From the IMG/VR virus record IMGVR_UViG_3300029258_005088: a DNA stretch of 64,000 bases; one strand, written 5' to 3'. The stretch comes from a virus. The notes under the pieces were generated by a model that was given only the letters and a program-made list of their open reading frames with translations, was not told the DNA's origin and did no database searches. The position numbers were made by a program, and so were the translations under genes. Shown piece after piece: positions 1 through 9,525 of the stretch (position 1 is its first letter; each line of letters starts with the position of its first letter).

Positions 1-663
1 CTCCAGAACGCCTCTATCGTAGTACACGCTACACAAACCTTCGAAGCCGCCTCCGGCGCTGCAGAAGTAAGCGCCTCTGTACAAGGAAGCGGCTCCTATG
101 TATCGCTTCCTGTGATACAACGCCATCGTGTTGTGTTCCTTGGGCAGCGACGTGCACCGCATCTCGTTTATGGAGTCCATGGCGTAATCTAGGAAACAGT
201 CCAGGAAGACGACGTCGTCCTCGCATATGATGAATCCCTTGGCATCCGTCTCGAGAGCGTACTTCAGCGTTCTTATGTAATTCCTGGTGAGACGGGCATG
301 AGGCGTTCCCATGCACTTCATCTCCTGGCCCTCCGTGGGAAGTCCCTCCATCAGATCGGGCTCCGCCGCATGGATGGTTACCTTCGACGTATGTCTGAAG
401 AACCACCACAGGTAATTGATGTCGTCGGAGTCCACCATGAGATCGACTCCGGCCAGTCTGTGCACGAGAGGATCCGACATCCAAAAGCTGGCGAGCATGG
501 GATGTACGTAGTGCTCTCCTTTGTCCGACTTGTTCTTTCCTTGATAGCCTGCTCTTCCCCGCCTATTGCAGGTGAAGACCATCAAGCGTATGTCCTCCGG
601 GCCTATCACTCTGCTCTCCGCATCGTCTCTGAGCTTCCCCAGCAGCTCTTCCGGGTATTTCAT
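1..663 (-). CDS. GT25-like glycosyltransferase (3' end truncated by window; absent from ORF track)
   Basis: ATG at 663 with RBS (AGGAG), open to position 1: MKYPEELLGK...GFIICEDDVVFLD. The EDD motif is typical of GT25/GT-A enzymes; first gene of the glyco cluster. Confidence 0.6.
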   Translation of the reverse strand, partial: MKYPEELLGKLRDDAESRVIGPEDIRLMVFTCNRRGRAGYQGKNKSDKGEHYVHPMLASFWMSDPLVHRLAGVDLMVDSDDINYLWWFFRHTSKVTIHAAEPDLMEGLPTEGQEMKCMGTPHARLTRNYIRTLKYALETDAKGFIICEDDVVFLDCFLDYAMDSINEMRCTSLPKEHNTMALYHRKRYIGAASLYRGAYFCSAGGGFEGLCSVYYDRGVLE

Positions 664-672
664 GTAACTCTC

Positions 673-1362
673 CTAAAGCATGTTCTTGTTGCCGCCGCCT
701 GCCCATAGATGAAACATCATGGGAACGCCGTACTTTCCGAATTTAGCGGACGCTCTCTCATAGGTCAGGCCCTCCCTGACAAGCTCCCGGAAGAAATCGA
801 TGGCTCCGGTATGACCGCCGAGAGGCCATACGTAGAAATCTCTGTTGACCGCAACGGTGCACTTCTCTTTGTATTCTCTGACGAGACGGGTCATCATGGA
901 TGGTCCGAACATGGTACGGATCGGCTTCTTGGAGGAAGCCTCTTTCAGATACCTCTCTATGACTTCCCACGCGGGAGAGTCCTGGTGGATACCTATGGCG
1001 CCGTTGGCTATCACCTTCGACTGATCCCATCTTGGATCCTCGGTCTGGCGGGTGAGGAATATCCATTTCGACATGTCGTACTTATCAGTGAGATCGCTCA
1101 TCGGGCGCAACGGCACGAAGTCGCAATCGAAGTAGAAGCCTCCGTACTTCTTGAGAACGGACAGCCGAAGGATATCCGACTTGGAGCACAGCTGTGGAGC
1201 TACCTCGTAGTACCTCTCGTACTCTGGAAGAAGCACTTCCTCTCCGTGAAGCCTTACGTCGTAGTCCGGGTTCAGCTGCTTGAACCACTCCAGACAGTGC
1301 CTGCCATAATCCGGCAAGGGGCTTTCGCCAACCCATATGAAATGTATGATCTTCGGAATCAC
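673..1362 (-). CDS. GT32 / DXD sugar-binding glycosyltransferase (OCH1-like)
   Basis: IPKIIHFIWVG, SDILRLSVLKKYGGFYFDCDF, NGAIG motifs. Confidence 0.85.
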   Translation of the reverse strand: MIPKIIHFIWVGESPLPDYGRHCLEWFKQLNPDYDVRLHGEEVLLPEYERYYEVAPQLCSKSDILRLSVLKKYGGFYFDCDFVPLRPMSDLTDKYDMSKWIFLTRQTEDPRWDQSKVIANGAIGIHQDSPAWEVIERYLKEASSKKPIRTMFGPSMMTRLVREYKEKCTVAVNRDFYVWPLGGHTGAIDFFRELVREGLTYERASAKFGKYGVPMMFHLWAGGGNKNML

Positions 1363-1964
1363 GGCATCCTCTCGAACACTAAACCGTTGAGTCGCGTATT
1401 CTTGGTTGACGACTGCGAAGCATACCTCTTGTACACCCTCTGCTTGGCGTGCGTCAGGTGGAAGCCTTTGGACAGGAACAGCTGCAGGTAGTCCTCCAGA
1501 TCCCTATTGTATACCGGGGGCAGTCCGGATCGTCGCCACTCTCTTCCGAGGATCTCGGCGACCACTATGCAGGAGACGCCGGCATCCACTATGAGATGGT
1601 CGAGTATCTTGACCAGAGATGCATCATCCATGTGCAGGAACACGGTGTAGGCCATGCACAGATCCGTCCTCGGATAGGGCTGGTCCACGACAACCTCCTC
1701 GAATCGATATTCCGGATACCGCTGCCTGGCCAGTGCCAGAGCGTTGGGATTCAGGTCTGCTCCGAGATAGGTGTCCGGATCGAACACTCGGCACAGACGG
1801 CCATAACCACAACCTAGATCGAGAACCTTGATGTTTTCCGTCAGTACGGGAGCTACGAGGTCCCGGACGAACTCCAATACGTCGAAACCCTCCGGATTGG
1901 TGTCCTTTCCTCCGGCCACTATGTTACTGAGCTTGTCGCTCTTCCAGTAAGCTTTATGGTCCAT
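1359..1964 (-). CDS. Class I SAM-dependent methyltransferase
   Basis: Motif I VLDLGCGYGR, YLGADLN, YTVFLHM. Confidence 0.85.
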   Translation of the reverse strand: MDHKAYWKSDKLSNIVAGGKDTNPEGFDVLEFVRDLVAPVLTENIKVLDLGCGYGRLCRVFDPDTYLGADLNPNALALARQRYPEYRFEEVVVDQPYPRTDLCMAYTVFLHMDDASLVKILDHLIVDAGVSCIVVAEILGREWRRSGLPPVYNRDLEDYLQLFLSKGFHLTHAKQRVYKRYASQSSTKNTRLNGLVFERMP

Positions 1965-2770
1965 TACTTGGCCCTCTCTTCAAACGCCTTTAGCGTGAAC
2001 TTCCACAGATCGAACATCGCCTGGCAAGTGTCCTTCGGTCTCGACTTATAGAAGGATCCTTCCGGAAGGACCTTTCTCCAGCTTCCTTTGTAGTGAACTA
2101 CGTGCGTGTCCAAACCCATCGGAACGCACCGGGCCTCGTTCAACAACCTGCAGGGGACTCCTTTTACGCTGTGGCCGTCCACGACGACGGGATCGAATGA
2201 CGCGGCTCCATGCTTGAATCCCACTATGGCTCCGAGAGCGGCCTGATCGGCGGCTCCCCACCCGCGTACTGCGGCATCCAGGGAACTCTTGCTTACCAGG
2301 CACTTCAGCGTCTGCAGATGCCATTTGCGGAAAAACTCCTCGGAACCTCCTCGGAAAAGCACTACGCCGGTGTTCAAGGGCCACTTCAGATTCTCCGACT
2401 TCTCCGTCTTGTAGGTAAACGTCACGTCGAAAGGCTCTTCGAAGAAGTGGCCTAGGTTACGAAGAACGAGAGTGTCGACGTCCAATAGAACGTGCTCCTC
2501 ATCCTTCTCCGCGAGCTCCGCCAGCTCCAGCCACTTGCCCATCTTCAGAGGAACTGTCCTTCTGATGTCGGTGACGCCGGGAGGGATGCAGTGGGCGGAA
2601 GGCACCAGCTCGATGCAGGACAGATTCCTGAAAGGCTTCAGGGACTTCTCGCTGATCTGGGAATGGCTGATCCGTATCCTGGGGGAGCCGTGCGTGTGCA
2701 GTATGCTCTCCACGCACACCTTCAGGTATGGTAGGTACTTCTCTCCGTACGTCGCTATGTTGAATATCAC
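1964..2770 (-). CDS. GT8/GT77-like nucleotide-diphospho-sugar transferase
   Basis: VLLDVDTLVLRNL (DxD), LNTGVVLF, ADQAAL, VVHYKG. Confidence 0.75.
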   Translation of the reverse strand: MIFNIATYGEKYLPYLKVCVESILHTHGSPRIRISHSQISEKSLKPFRNLSCIELVPSAHCIPPGVTDIRRTVPLKMGKWLELAELAEKDEEHVLLDVDTLVLRNLGHFFEEPFDVTFTYKTEKSENLKWPLNTGVVLFRGGSEEFFRKWHLQTLKCLVSKSSLDAAVRGWGAADQAALGAIVGFKHGAASFDPVVVDGHSVKGVPCRLLNEARCVPMGLDTHVVHYKGSWRKVLPEGSFYKSRPKDTCQAMFDLWKFTLKAFEERAK

Positions 2771-3477
2771 TGTATGTCCTCCTTTAACAAGAATCCGATC
2801 GTAGGTCCGTAACTGCCCAGACGACGCTCTCCGTTGTTTCTGGGAGTCACCAGTTCATAGGGAATCCAACGTATACTCTGTTCCGAGTCCCAGCCCGTAT
2901 CGCCGAGATCCATATGGCAGTAAGCCTTTACGAACCAGTCCTCGTCGGTGCAGAACTTATGGTACCCCACCGAATCGAAATACTCTCTCGTACTGTTCGT
3001 CTTTCCTCTGGATATCTTGTGTACGTCGTGTATTCCGACCATCTTCACGTTCGGCCGCTCCAGTAGGCGCAGCCCGAGATCTATGGCCTGCCTGCCCTTG
3101 GGACCGTCTATGAACACGGCTATGGTCTTGTCCTTGTTTCCGTCGACGTACTGTGGCAAAAGGCTCACTCCGTCTCCGGATCGCAGAGTCAGATCGCATC
3201 CTATCGATTCCAACCTGGTGGACACGGACTGAGGAATGCTCCTGTCTATGGCTACGACCCTGCCATTCCCTTTGAAGAACTTGCACCACGCCTCCGTGGA
3301 CTGGCCCTGCCATATACCGGACTCCAGAACGAGGTCGACCTCATGCATGTGCGCCAGTATGCAGAACGCGAACGCTTCGCTGGTAAGGAGCCCTCGGGCC
3401 TGACTGCCCAGAGGTAGTACCCTCTTCTCGAATTCCGGCGCCCATGACGCCATATACGATTTCATGAGACCTCTCAT
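2767..3477 (-). CDS. Methyltransferase (Methyltransf_24-like)
   Basis: Start at ATG 3477 overlapping the upstream stop; VLESGIWQGQST, VVAIDR, VFIDGPK, VGIHD. Confidence 0.7.
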   Translation of the reverse strand: MRGLMKSYMASWAPEFEKRVLPLGSQARGLLTSEAFAFCILAHMHEVDLVLESGIWQGQSTEAWCKFFKGNGRVVAIDRSIPQSVSTRLESIGCDLTLRSGDGVSLLPQYVDGNKDKTIAVFIDGPKGRQAIDLGLRLLERPNVKMVGIHDVHKISRGKTNSTREYFDSVGYHKFCTDEDWFVKAYCHMDLGDTGWDSEQSIRWIPYELVTPRNNGERRLGSYGPTIGFLLKEDIQ

Positions 3478-4226
3478 AGGTAACCCATCTCCTTCAATAC
3501 AGGCACGGCCAGTGCCGGGTGATCGTTGTGCCGGCAAGGCTCCAGCTTGGACTCCCTGCCTGCCTGTTTCGGAGTCTTCCTGTCTCCTATGTTGTACTTG
3601 TCCTCGTGCCTTTTCGGAAGACGCATGCGCTCGTAGTGATAGGCGTTGCACCAAGGAAGATGCATGGCCTTGGTATCGTGCCTGTTGCAGTACCAGTCTA
3701 CTCTTATGCTCAGGTGATTGGTCGGTCTCCAGTTGAACCGTGGTTTGAGCCTGTAAGGGATCTTGGTTCCTACCTTGTCCACGGTATACTGGCACGTGGA
3801 AAGGTCTACTAGGAAGCCGAGAGTGGGCATCGTGAAATAGTCGACGTCTTTCTCCTTCTCCATGAGCTCGCGGACGGCCTTTATGTCCTTCTCGTGGTAG
3901 AAGTGATCGCAGTCCACGACCAGTACCCAGTCACCGACGTCGGCATCGACCAGGGTCATCGCGAGGTTCGACGTATTGGCCTGATTGACTCTGTAGTTCT
4001 TGTCCGCTCTGACGTTGTCGATTACCTGTACGTGGTCCTTTCCGGAGGCCCAGTCCTCGAGGATGTTGCGGGTACCGTCGGTGGACCTCGGAGACCACTG
4101 CTGATCCCAGTTGCCCTCGCTTAGCACGACTGCCTGTGGATCCCACATTTCGATATGCTTCAAGGATGCCTCGACCCACTCTATGTCGTTCCAGTAACGA
4201 GCTATGACTATAAGACGCTGATTCAC
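3474..4226 (-). CDS. GT2-like glycosyltransferase
   Basis: GTG start at 4226 overlapping the upstream TGA; IVIARYWND, DWVLVVDCDHFY. Confidence 0.65.
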   Translation of the reverse strand: MNQRLIVIARYWNDIEWVEASLKHIEMWDPQAVVLSEGNWDQQWSPRSTDGTRNILEDWASGKDHVQVIDNVRADKNYRVNQANTSNLAMTLVDADVGDWVLVVDCDHFYHEKDIKAVRELMEKEKDVDYFTMPTLGFLVDLSTCQYTVDKVGTKIPYRLKPRFNWRPTNHLSIRVDWYCNRHDTKAMHLPWCNAYHYERMRLPKRHEDKYNIGDRKTPKQAGRESKLEPCRHNDHPALAVPVLKEMGYL

Positions 4227-5713
4227 GAGCCACCTCCCGGCTTTTCCAATACGAACGCCACTACGTGCCACTTGCCATGGATCTCCTCCATGGACGGTAC
4301 GGTGAAATCCGATCCTCCCATGAGAGAAAGCCCGGACCACTCGATGATCTTCCGGAACTGGCCTATGCACCACGGCGCGACGTGTCCCTGGTACGAGGTA
4401 TGGTCCATGGTTATCAACAGACGACCTCCGGGCTTCAGCACACGAACCATCTCTTCTATGGCCTTCTTTCCCTGGGCCTCCGTCGGTATATGCTCTATGA
4501 CACTGATGCAGAATACGTGGTCGAAGGAGTCGTCGGCATACGCTATGTCCGTCATGTCTCCCTTCTCGATATGGAACCTTGGGTCGGTTACCCGACAGGC
4601 TCCGACCATGTATCCCCATAGGCTTACTAGCGGGCTGTCGGATCCGAGGAGATCGTGAGGCTTGGTGGACATGTTCCGGCCATGGCCTCTGTCTATGCCA
4701 ACCCCGCAGCAATTCGTCTTGGTAACCAGGTACGGCAATAAAGGGCTCCCTCCGCACCCGCAATCGAGCGCGACGTCACCCGGCTTGAGATCGCTGTTCT
4801 CCACGGCCCACGGGTATTCCCATTCCCTGCTCCAATGGATCTTCACCGATTCGGGATCGTCCGCGCCTCCCGGATGGGCTTTTCCCCGCATGCGGTTTAC
4901 CCATAGATCTTCTATCTCCGACAACGCACTGGACATGGCTTCTCTTCTCATGTCGGCATTTCTGAGAAACCTGTTCGGTACCTGGTCCATTACATCCTCC
5001 TTTATGATCGTGTGCGTTTTGGCCCTGCTCTGGGCCATCGAAAGCTTCTTCGAATACGGCCATGACTTGCGTCTCGTATGGCTTACCTTACGGCCGTGTT
5101 CCCTCAATGCATACAGCTCCTCTCGGACTATGGCGCACTTGAAGAACTCCGTCAGCCGAAGCCAGTAGTTATAGTCCTGTGCGAGCTCCATGACCTCGTC
5201 GTAGTATCCTATCTTGTCGAACACCTCTCTGGAGAACATCGCAGACGGACCCAGTATGCAGTTCCTGCTACGCAGTATTCTTTTGACGTTGCTCTCCTTG
5301 ATCCTGATCTGAGTCCACAGATAATCGCCGTGATGTACCTTGTTGCCTTCCGCATCGATCTGGATCCCGTAAGTGGCTACGAGGCCTACTTCTCCGCCGA
5401 TCCTCTCGAGCTGTTTCTCGAACCTGGTGGGAAGACTGTAGTCATCGGCGTCCTGCCTCGCGAATACGTCCCCAGTGGATATGTCCAGGGCCTTGTTCAG
5501 AGACTTGGTAAGGCCTATGTTCTCGTCGTTTTCGACATACACGATCCTGGGATCGTCGAAGGATTCGACAACCGAACCGACATCCTCTTCGGAGCCGTCG
5601 TTGACGATGATGAACTCGAAATCATCGAAAGTCTGACCGAGCACACTCTCGATGGCTCCTACCAGGTACTGGGTACTGTTGTACACAGGCATCAACACGG
5701 ATATCCTAGGCAT
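4223..5713 (-). CDS. GT2 glycosyltransferase fused to a class I SAM methyltransferase
   Basis: N-terminal ISVLMPVYN...FIIVNDGS...ARQDADD...AQDYNYW; C-terminal ALDCGCGGS...DSFDHVFCISVIEH...RVLKPGGRL. Confidence 0.9.
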   Translation of the reverse strand: MPRISVLMPVYNSTQYLVGAIESVLGQTFDDFEFIIVNDGSEEDVGSVVESFDDPRIVYVENDENIGLTKSLNKALDISTGDVFARQDADDYSLPTRFEKQLERIGGEVGLVATYGIQIDAEGNKVHHGDYLWTQIRIKESNVKRILRSRNCILGPSAMFSREVFDKIGYYDEVMELAQDYNYWLRLTEFFKCAIVREELYALREHGRKVSHTRRKSWPYSKKLSMAQSRAKTHTIIKEDVMDQVPNRFLRNADMRREAMSSALSEIEDLWVNRMRGKAHPGGADDPESVKIHWSREWEYPWAVENSDLKPGDVALDCGCGGSPLLPYLVTKTNCCGVGIDRGHGRNMSTKPHDLLGSDSPLVSLWGYMVGACRVTDPRFHIEKGDMTDIAYADDSFDHVFCISVIEHIPTEAQGKKAIEEMVRVLKPGGRLLITMDHTSYQGHVAPWCIGQFRKIIEWSGLSLMGGSDFTVPSMEEIHGKWHVVAFVLEKPGGGS

Positions 5714-5829
5714 TATCTACCTCCCATGGCCTTATCACGCCATGGCCTTATGTCACTCTCGGATACTCCGGTAGGAAGGAAAACGACCTTGGTATTGTCC
5801 CAGGAAGATAGCAGAAGGCATCTCATCAC
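5713..5829 (-). CDS. Small hypothetical protein (~38 aa)
   Basis: GGAGG RBS then GTG/ATG overlapping the GT29 stop; fills the gap exactly. Confidence 0.4.
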   Translation of the reverse strand: MMRCLLLSSWDNTKVVFLPTGVSESDIRPWRDKAMGGR

Positions 5830-6443
5830 GCACCTCCCGGGTCGTTGTAGGTTATGCGCCCTGCCTTGGCAAGGTGCTCTACGTAAAGCCTCTCGGCAGT
5901 GGATGGATGGCATGACCGCGACCATCCTCGGAAAAAATCGAATCCGAACACGTCGACGTCCCATCCCTTGAACCTGGGGATGGACATGGCCCATTGTATT
6001 CCGACAAGGCCCGTGCTCGGTATGAACTCGTCTCCGATATCCTCCCGTCTGACGTTCATATGGGCTTCCCAGATTGATTTCCGAAGCTCCTTGTAGAACT
6101 TGACCGGGACGTTGGACCACGGCCCCTCCCACTCGAGGTTGTCTCGTATGCGCTTTCCTTCCTCTCGCATACCTCCGGTTCCAGGTATCACGATATCCGC
6201 CGGAGATCCGAACAATATCTCGGATATGCCTTTGACCTTTGGAAGCAGCTTGCTGACGTGAGGCTTGACGAAATCCACCACGGGAGCTCCGTGGGTACAC
6301 AGGCACCAGATATCGAACTTGGATCCGACAAGGCCCGTGTCAAGGTTATACAGGCGGTTGAACCGTATCACCACGTCGGCGGAGTCTATGGCCTTTCCGA
6401 AGTCCTTCTTCGGAGGTGCATTTCCTACGACTGCCACTCTCAT
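5826..6443 (-). CDS. GT29 (sialyltransferase-like) glycosyltransferase
   Basis: Sialylmotif-L-like RVAVVGN...IDSADVVIRFN; S-motif-like PSTGLVGI...VDVFGFDFF. Confidence 0.75.
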   Translation of the reverse strand: MRVAVVGNAPPKKDFGKAIDSADVVIRFNRLYNLDTGLVGSKFDIWCLCTHGAPVVDFVKPHVSKLLPKVKGISEILFGSPADIVIPGTGGMREEGKRIRDNLEWEGPWSNVPVKFYKELRKSIWEAHMNVRREDIGDEFIPSTGLVGIQWAMSIPRFKGWDVDVFGFDFFRGWSRSCHPSTAERLYVEHLAKAGRITYNDPGGA

Positions 6444-6697
6444 AACTTTACCCCGTCAGACCTCAAAGCCTCTGCTTGAGAATGGTTCTTGTACATCTCC
6501 CAGACGAAATTGTCCTTGCTCTTGGGAGTTCCTACGAAAAGCTTCTTGTCCGGCCAGCATCTACGACCGAGAGGGCTGTCCGGAGTTATGGTCAGCATCT
6601 GTATGATGTCTTCCAAGATCTCCTGGTAGAACTCGTGGTATTCCTGTACTCTCTCCAGAGCCTGTTCCTTGGTCAGGGGCTGTATCTCGTTCTTCAC
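6440..6697 (-). CDS. Hypothetical protein
   Basis: GTG start overlapping the protease stop; 85 aa, coupled to the next gene. Confidence 0.55.
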   Translation of the reverse strand: MKNEIQPLTKEQALERVQEYHEFYQEILEDIIQMLTITPDSPLGRRCWPDKKLFVGTPKSKDNFVWEMYKNHSQAEALRSDGVKL

Positions 6698-7416
6698 TGC
6701 GCCTTCTCCGTTCTTTTGAGGAATACCGCTTCCCCGTTCTCCGACAATAGCCTGGCCATGTCTTCGAAGGTTACGTAGCACCTGCCTGTCATTCCCCATC
6801 GGGGGCCCCAGCTGTTGTGGAGCTCGAACCTGTTCCTGACGGTATCCACGCCTACGCACGCGATGGCGTGACCGCCCATGACGGATCCGGTCGGTCTGAT
6901 ATACCCCTGGAGGTCGGTGTTGAACATGCCTTGGTACCAGCGGATCCCGAGAACGGCGGGACCTTTGTATCCGACGCCTAGCTTGAGATCGTCCAGACCG
7001 AACGCCCACTCGTAGGTATCGAGCATGCCAAGGTTCTTGGCAGCCTTCACTCCGGCCAGTATGGACGTGCCCTCGTAGAAAGGCTCCGCTCCCGGATAGG
7101 CGCCGCCTGCCCATGGATCGATCTTCTGGGCTTCCCAGTAGATCTTCTCCCTTGCGTAGGAGTGGTCTATGCCTTTGCTCAGCAGGGGATCGGACGTCAG
7201 GCAGTGCGCCACGGCATGGCCCACGCAACTACCCTCTCGTCCCTGATCCAGCCTGGGATAACACTTCCAGCCATGCGTACGGGCGGTAGCCTGCAGGCGT
7301 TGCGGCGCGGTGTATATGGGGTATTCCCTGCTACGTTCGTCGAACTGTTCGATCCGGTCCAACCTGAGATCGCTGGTCGTTCGTTTGTCCTTCAGCTGTA
7401 TCAATCCCTGCGGCAT
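6694..7416 (-). CDS. Papain-like (C1A) cysteine protease
   Basis: DQGREGSCVGHA (Gln, catalytic Cys), GHAIACVG (His), HNSWG (Asn). Confidence 0.9.
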   Translation of the reverse strand: MPQGLIQLKDKRTTSDLRLDRIEQFDERSREYPIYTAPQRLQATARTHGWKCYPRLDQGREGSCVGHAVAHCLTSDPLLSKGIDHSYAREKIYWEAQKIDPWAGGAYPGAEPFYEGTSILAGVKAAKNLGMLDTYEWAFGLDDLKLGVGYKGPAVLGIRWYQGMFNTDLQGYIRPTGSVMGGHAIACVGVDTVRNRFELHNSWGPRWGMTGRCYVTFEDMARLLSENGEAVFLKRTEKAQ

Positions 7417-7425
7417 CTTCCACTC

Positions 7426-8293
7426 CTAATCGGTATCGGGCATGACGTTGAATATTCTTGCTAAGAGACCGCGCTTGACCAATGCCTCGTTCTCCTTCTC
7501 CAACTGCTCGGACTTCTTCCTGAGACAGTTGTAATCTTCCCAGCTCGGCGGCTTGGCCTGCAGAGCCGATATGTCTTCCTGGTTCTTCTTCGCCCTCGTC
7601 ATCGGACGGCTCAACTCCTTGGAGGTGAACGCCAGAGGAACGGGTTCCCCTTCGAGCACCACCCAGCACACGTAATACTCCTTGGACTCGAGGTGCTCCT
7701 TTATGTCGGTGTTCTCGACCTTTCGGACCTCGCCCATCATCAGAGGCTCTTCACGGAAGGCTTCCTCCAGAGTCTGAAGGATCTGTTTTGCGGTTTCGGG
7801 GCATTGCTCAGGCATCGTGTACCTCCAGTTTGTGTAGAATGTTCATATGTATCTCGATACGATAGGCAACCTTGGCGACGAATTCCACCGAAGACAGGTA
7901 TAGGGTCTTCTTAGCGGACTTGTCTTCCGAGACGACCCTCTTTATCTCCTTCACCAGTCCGTCTCTGGCCTCTCTCAGATATTTGATGGTCTCGTCAGTA
8001 TGGTACTCGATGTCTTCCCATCCGAATACGTACCGCATGGTGGACGACAGGCTGACGCCGAGCTGTGCGAGCCAGTGCTTGTCTCCGTGCAGCTCCACGC
8101 CTTCGCAATTCTCCTTAAGGTAGCCCTCGAGCATCTTGACCTCGACGCCTTCGGGAACGCCCATGCATATCTCGTGGAACACCTGATCGACCTCGAGGAT
8201 CTGCTTCAACGGCTCCCACGGGCCTTGCTCCTGCTCTCTGAGCGCCGCCATCTGACGCATATGCTTCTCTTTCAACTCCGTGATATCCATCAC
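7426..8293 (-). other. Two hypothetical proteins (7426-7815, 7808-8293)
   Basis: Overlapping co-directional ORFs with RBSs; coiled-coil-like segments. Confidence 0.6.
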
Positions 8294-8964
8294 TCCAGCT
8301 CCTGTAGTTCTCTATCTATGTTTCCCCATGCCCGCTGATGCCATGCATGGTAGTTGGGCTCATTGCCGAAAAAGGTCGGGTAAACGATATACGGCCTGTT
8401 CCTCAGCTTGTTCAGCAGCTCCGTGCGGTACCGGTTCCACTGAGCGTCGGTAAGATGACCGAACTCCTCCCGAAGCAGTATAGCGGAGCTCTCGTAAGAG
8501 CATCTGTCTCCGAAGCCGTAGAGATCGAGTCCGACGATCATCCACTGCTCCTGGTCGATGTCCGGGATCCTGTCTCCGAGGACGTAGGCCGTGGCCCGTA
8601 TCATCCGCTGGGCTCTGGCGACCTCCTCGTTGGACAGTCCGGCCTCTTCCATGTAATAGGCGCAGAACTCCGCACTCTCGTCCTCGTTGTCTCCGGGACT
8701 TGCCGGGATCTTGTATACCACGTCGTGGCACCAGATGGCCCATAGCTGTGCGTCGTCCAGTTCCATTCCGAGGAATGCCGCCGTATCGAACATCTTCATT
8801 ACGTGCCTCATGGTATGGTATCGCCTGTGCGGCTCCATGTATCTTCTGGTCAGCTCATGTAGCACGCGCACCTTCCTCTGCCCGTTACCTGCGGGCGAAA
8901 ACGACTTTTCATAGTATCCTCCTAGATAGTTTGTCCCCACGACCAGCGCGGGGTCATGTAGCAA
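8290..8964 (-). CDS. HD-superfamily metal-dependent phosphohydrolase (start uncertain)
   Basis: RYMEPHRRYHTMRH, AIWCHDVVY, NEDESA, LREEFGHL. Confidence 0.8.
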   Translation of the reverse strand: MLHDPALVVGTNYLGGYYEKSFSPAGNGQRKVRVLHELTRRYMEPHRRYHTMRHVMKMFDTAAFLGMELDDAQLWAIWCHDVVYKIPASPGDNEDESAEFCAYYMEEAGLSNEEVARAQRMIRATAYVLGDRIPDIDQEQWMIVGLDLYGFGDRCSYESSAILLREEFGHLTDAQWNRYRTELLNKLRNRPYIVYPTFFGNEPNYHAWHQRAWGNIDRELQELE

Positions 8965-9128
8965 CTGCAGTACCTCTTGCCGTCATCAGCGTCTTCGTAG
9001 CGTATCGGGCGTACCTCCAGATTGCACTTGTCACATCGATTGCTGCTCCCGCTTCCTCCACAAGTCGGGCATAGCCGGGTTCGTTTCTTGGGATCGACCT
9101 TCTTACCCCTGCAGTTGGTGCATGGCAT
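8922..9128 (-). CDS. Small Zn-finger protein (CxxCxG repeats)
   Basis: CTNCRG, CPTCGGSG, CDKC; GAGG RBS before ATG 9128. Confidence 0.55.
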   Translation of the reverse strand: MPCTNCRGKKVDPKKRTRLCPTCGGSGSSNRCDKCNLEVRPIRYEDADDGKRYCSCYMTPRWSWGQTI

Positions 9129-9166
9129 GTAAGACCTCGCAGGTCGATCGTCTACGTTGGCGAAGG

Positions 9167-9487
9167 TCAAAGTTCTATGTCCTTGGCTACTTTCCACCTA
9201 ATCGTCTCTTGGTCGATGGCTTTTTCCATCGTGGTGTAGACCCTAAGCGGCATGTGATTCCAGGGACTCGTCACGACGACGTAGTCTCCCGTTCTGTCCC
9301 CTCTCGGCACCGACCATATGTGAACGATCACGCCGGCGGACTGGAACGAGCCAAGCTCTCGCTGCATGGAGTTGTCCACGTGGGCTCCCCATAGCTGGAG
9401 TTCTCCGTTCCTGCCTTTCTGCGTCCATACCGAACCTGGTGGCTGCATAAGGGGGTTCTTTGGTACGTTCCTGTCGATCTTCTTCAT
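9167..9487 (-). CDS. Hypothetical protein
   Basis: ORF in the operon; start chosen at ATG 9487. Confidence 0.5.
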   Translation of the reverse strand: MKKIDRNVPKNPLMQPPGSVWTQKGRNGELQLWGAHVDNSMQRELGSFQSAGVIVHIWSVPRGDRTGDYVVVTSPWNHMPLRVYTTMEKAIDQETIRWKVAKDIEL

Positions 9488-9525
9488 CAGGGAACGGCCG
9501 GCTCTCTTTCTGGGCATGTGGCCTC

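Noticed and set aside
5724-5751. 12-bp direct repeat CCATGGCCTTAT x2
   Set aside because: Only two copies inside a tiny ORF; most likely a local duplication with no evidence of function
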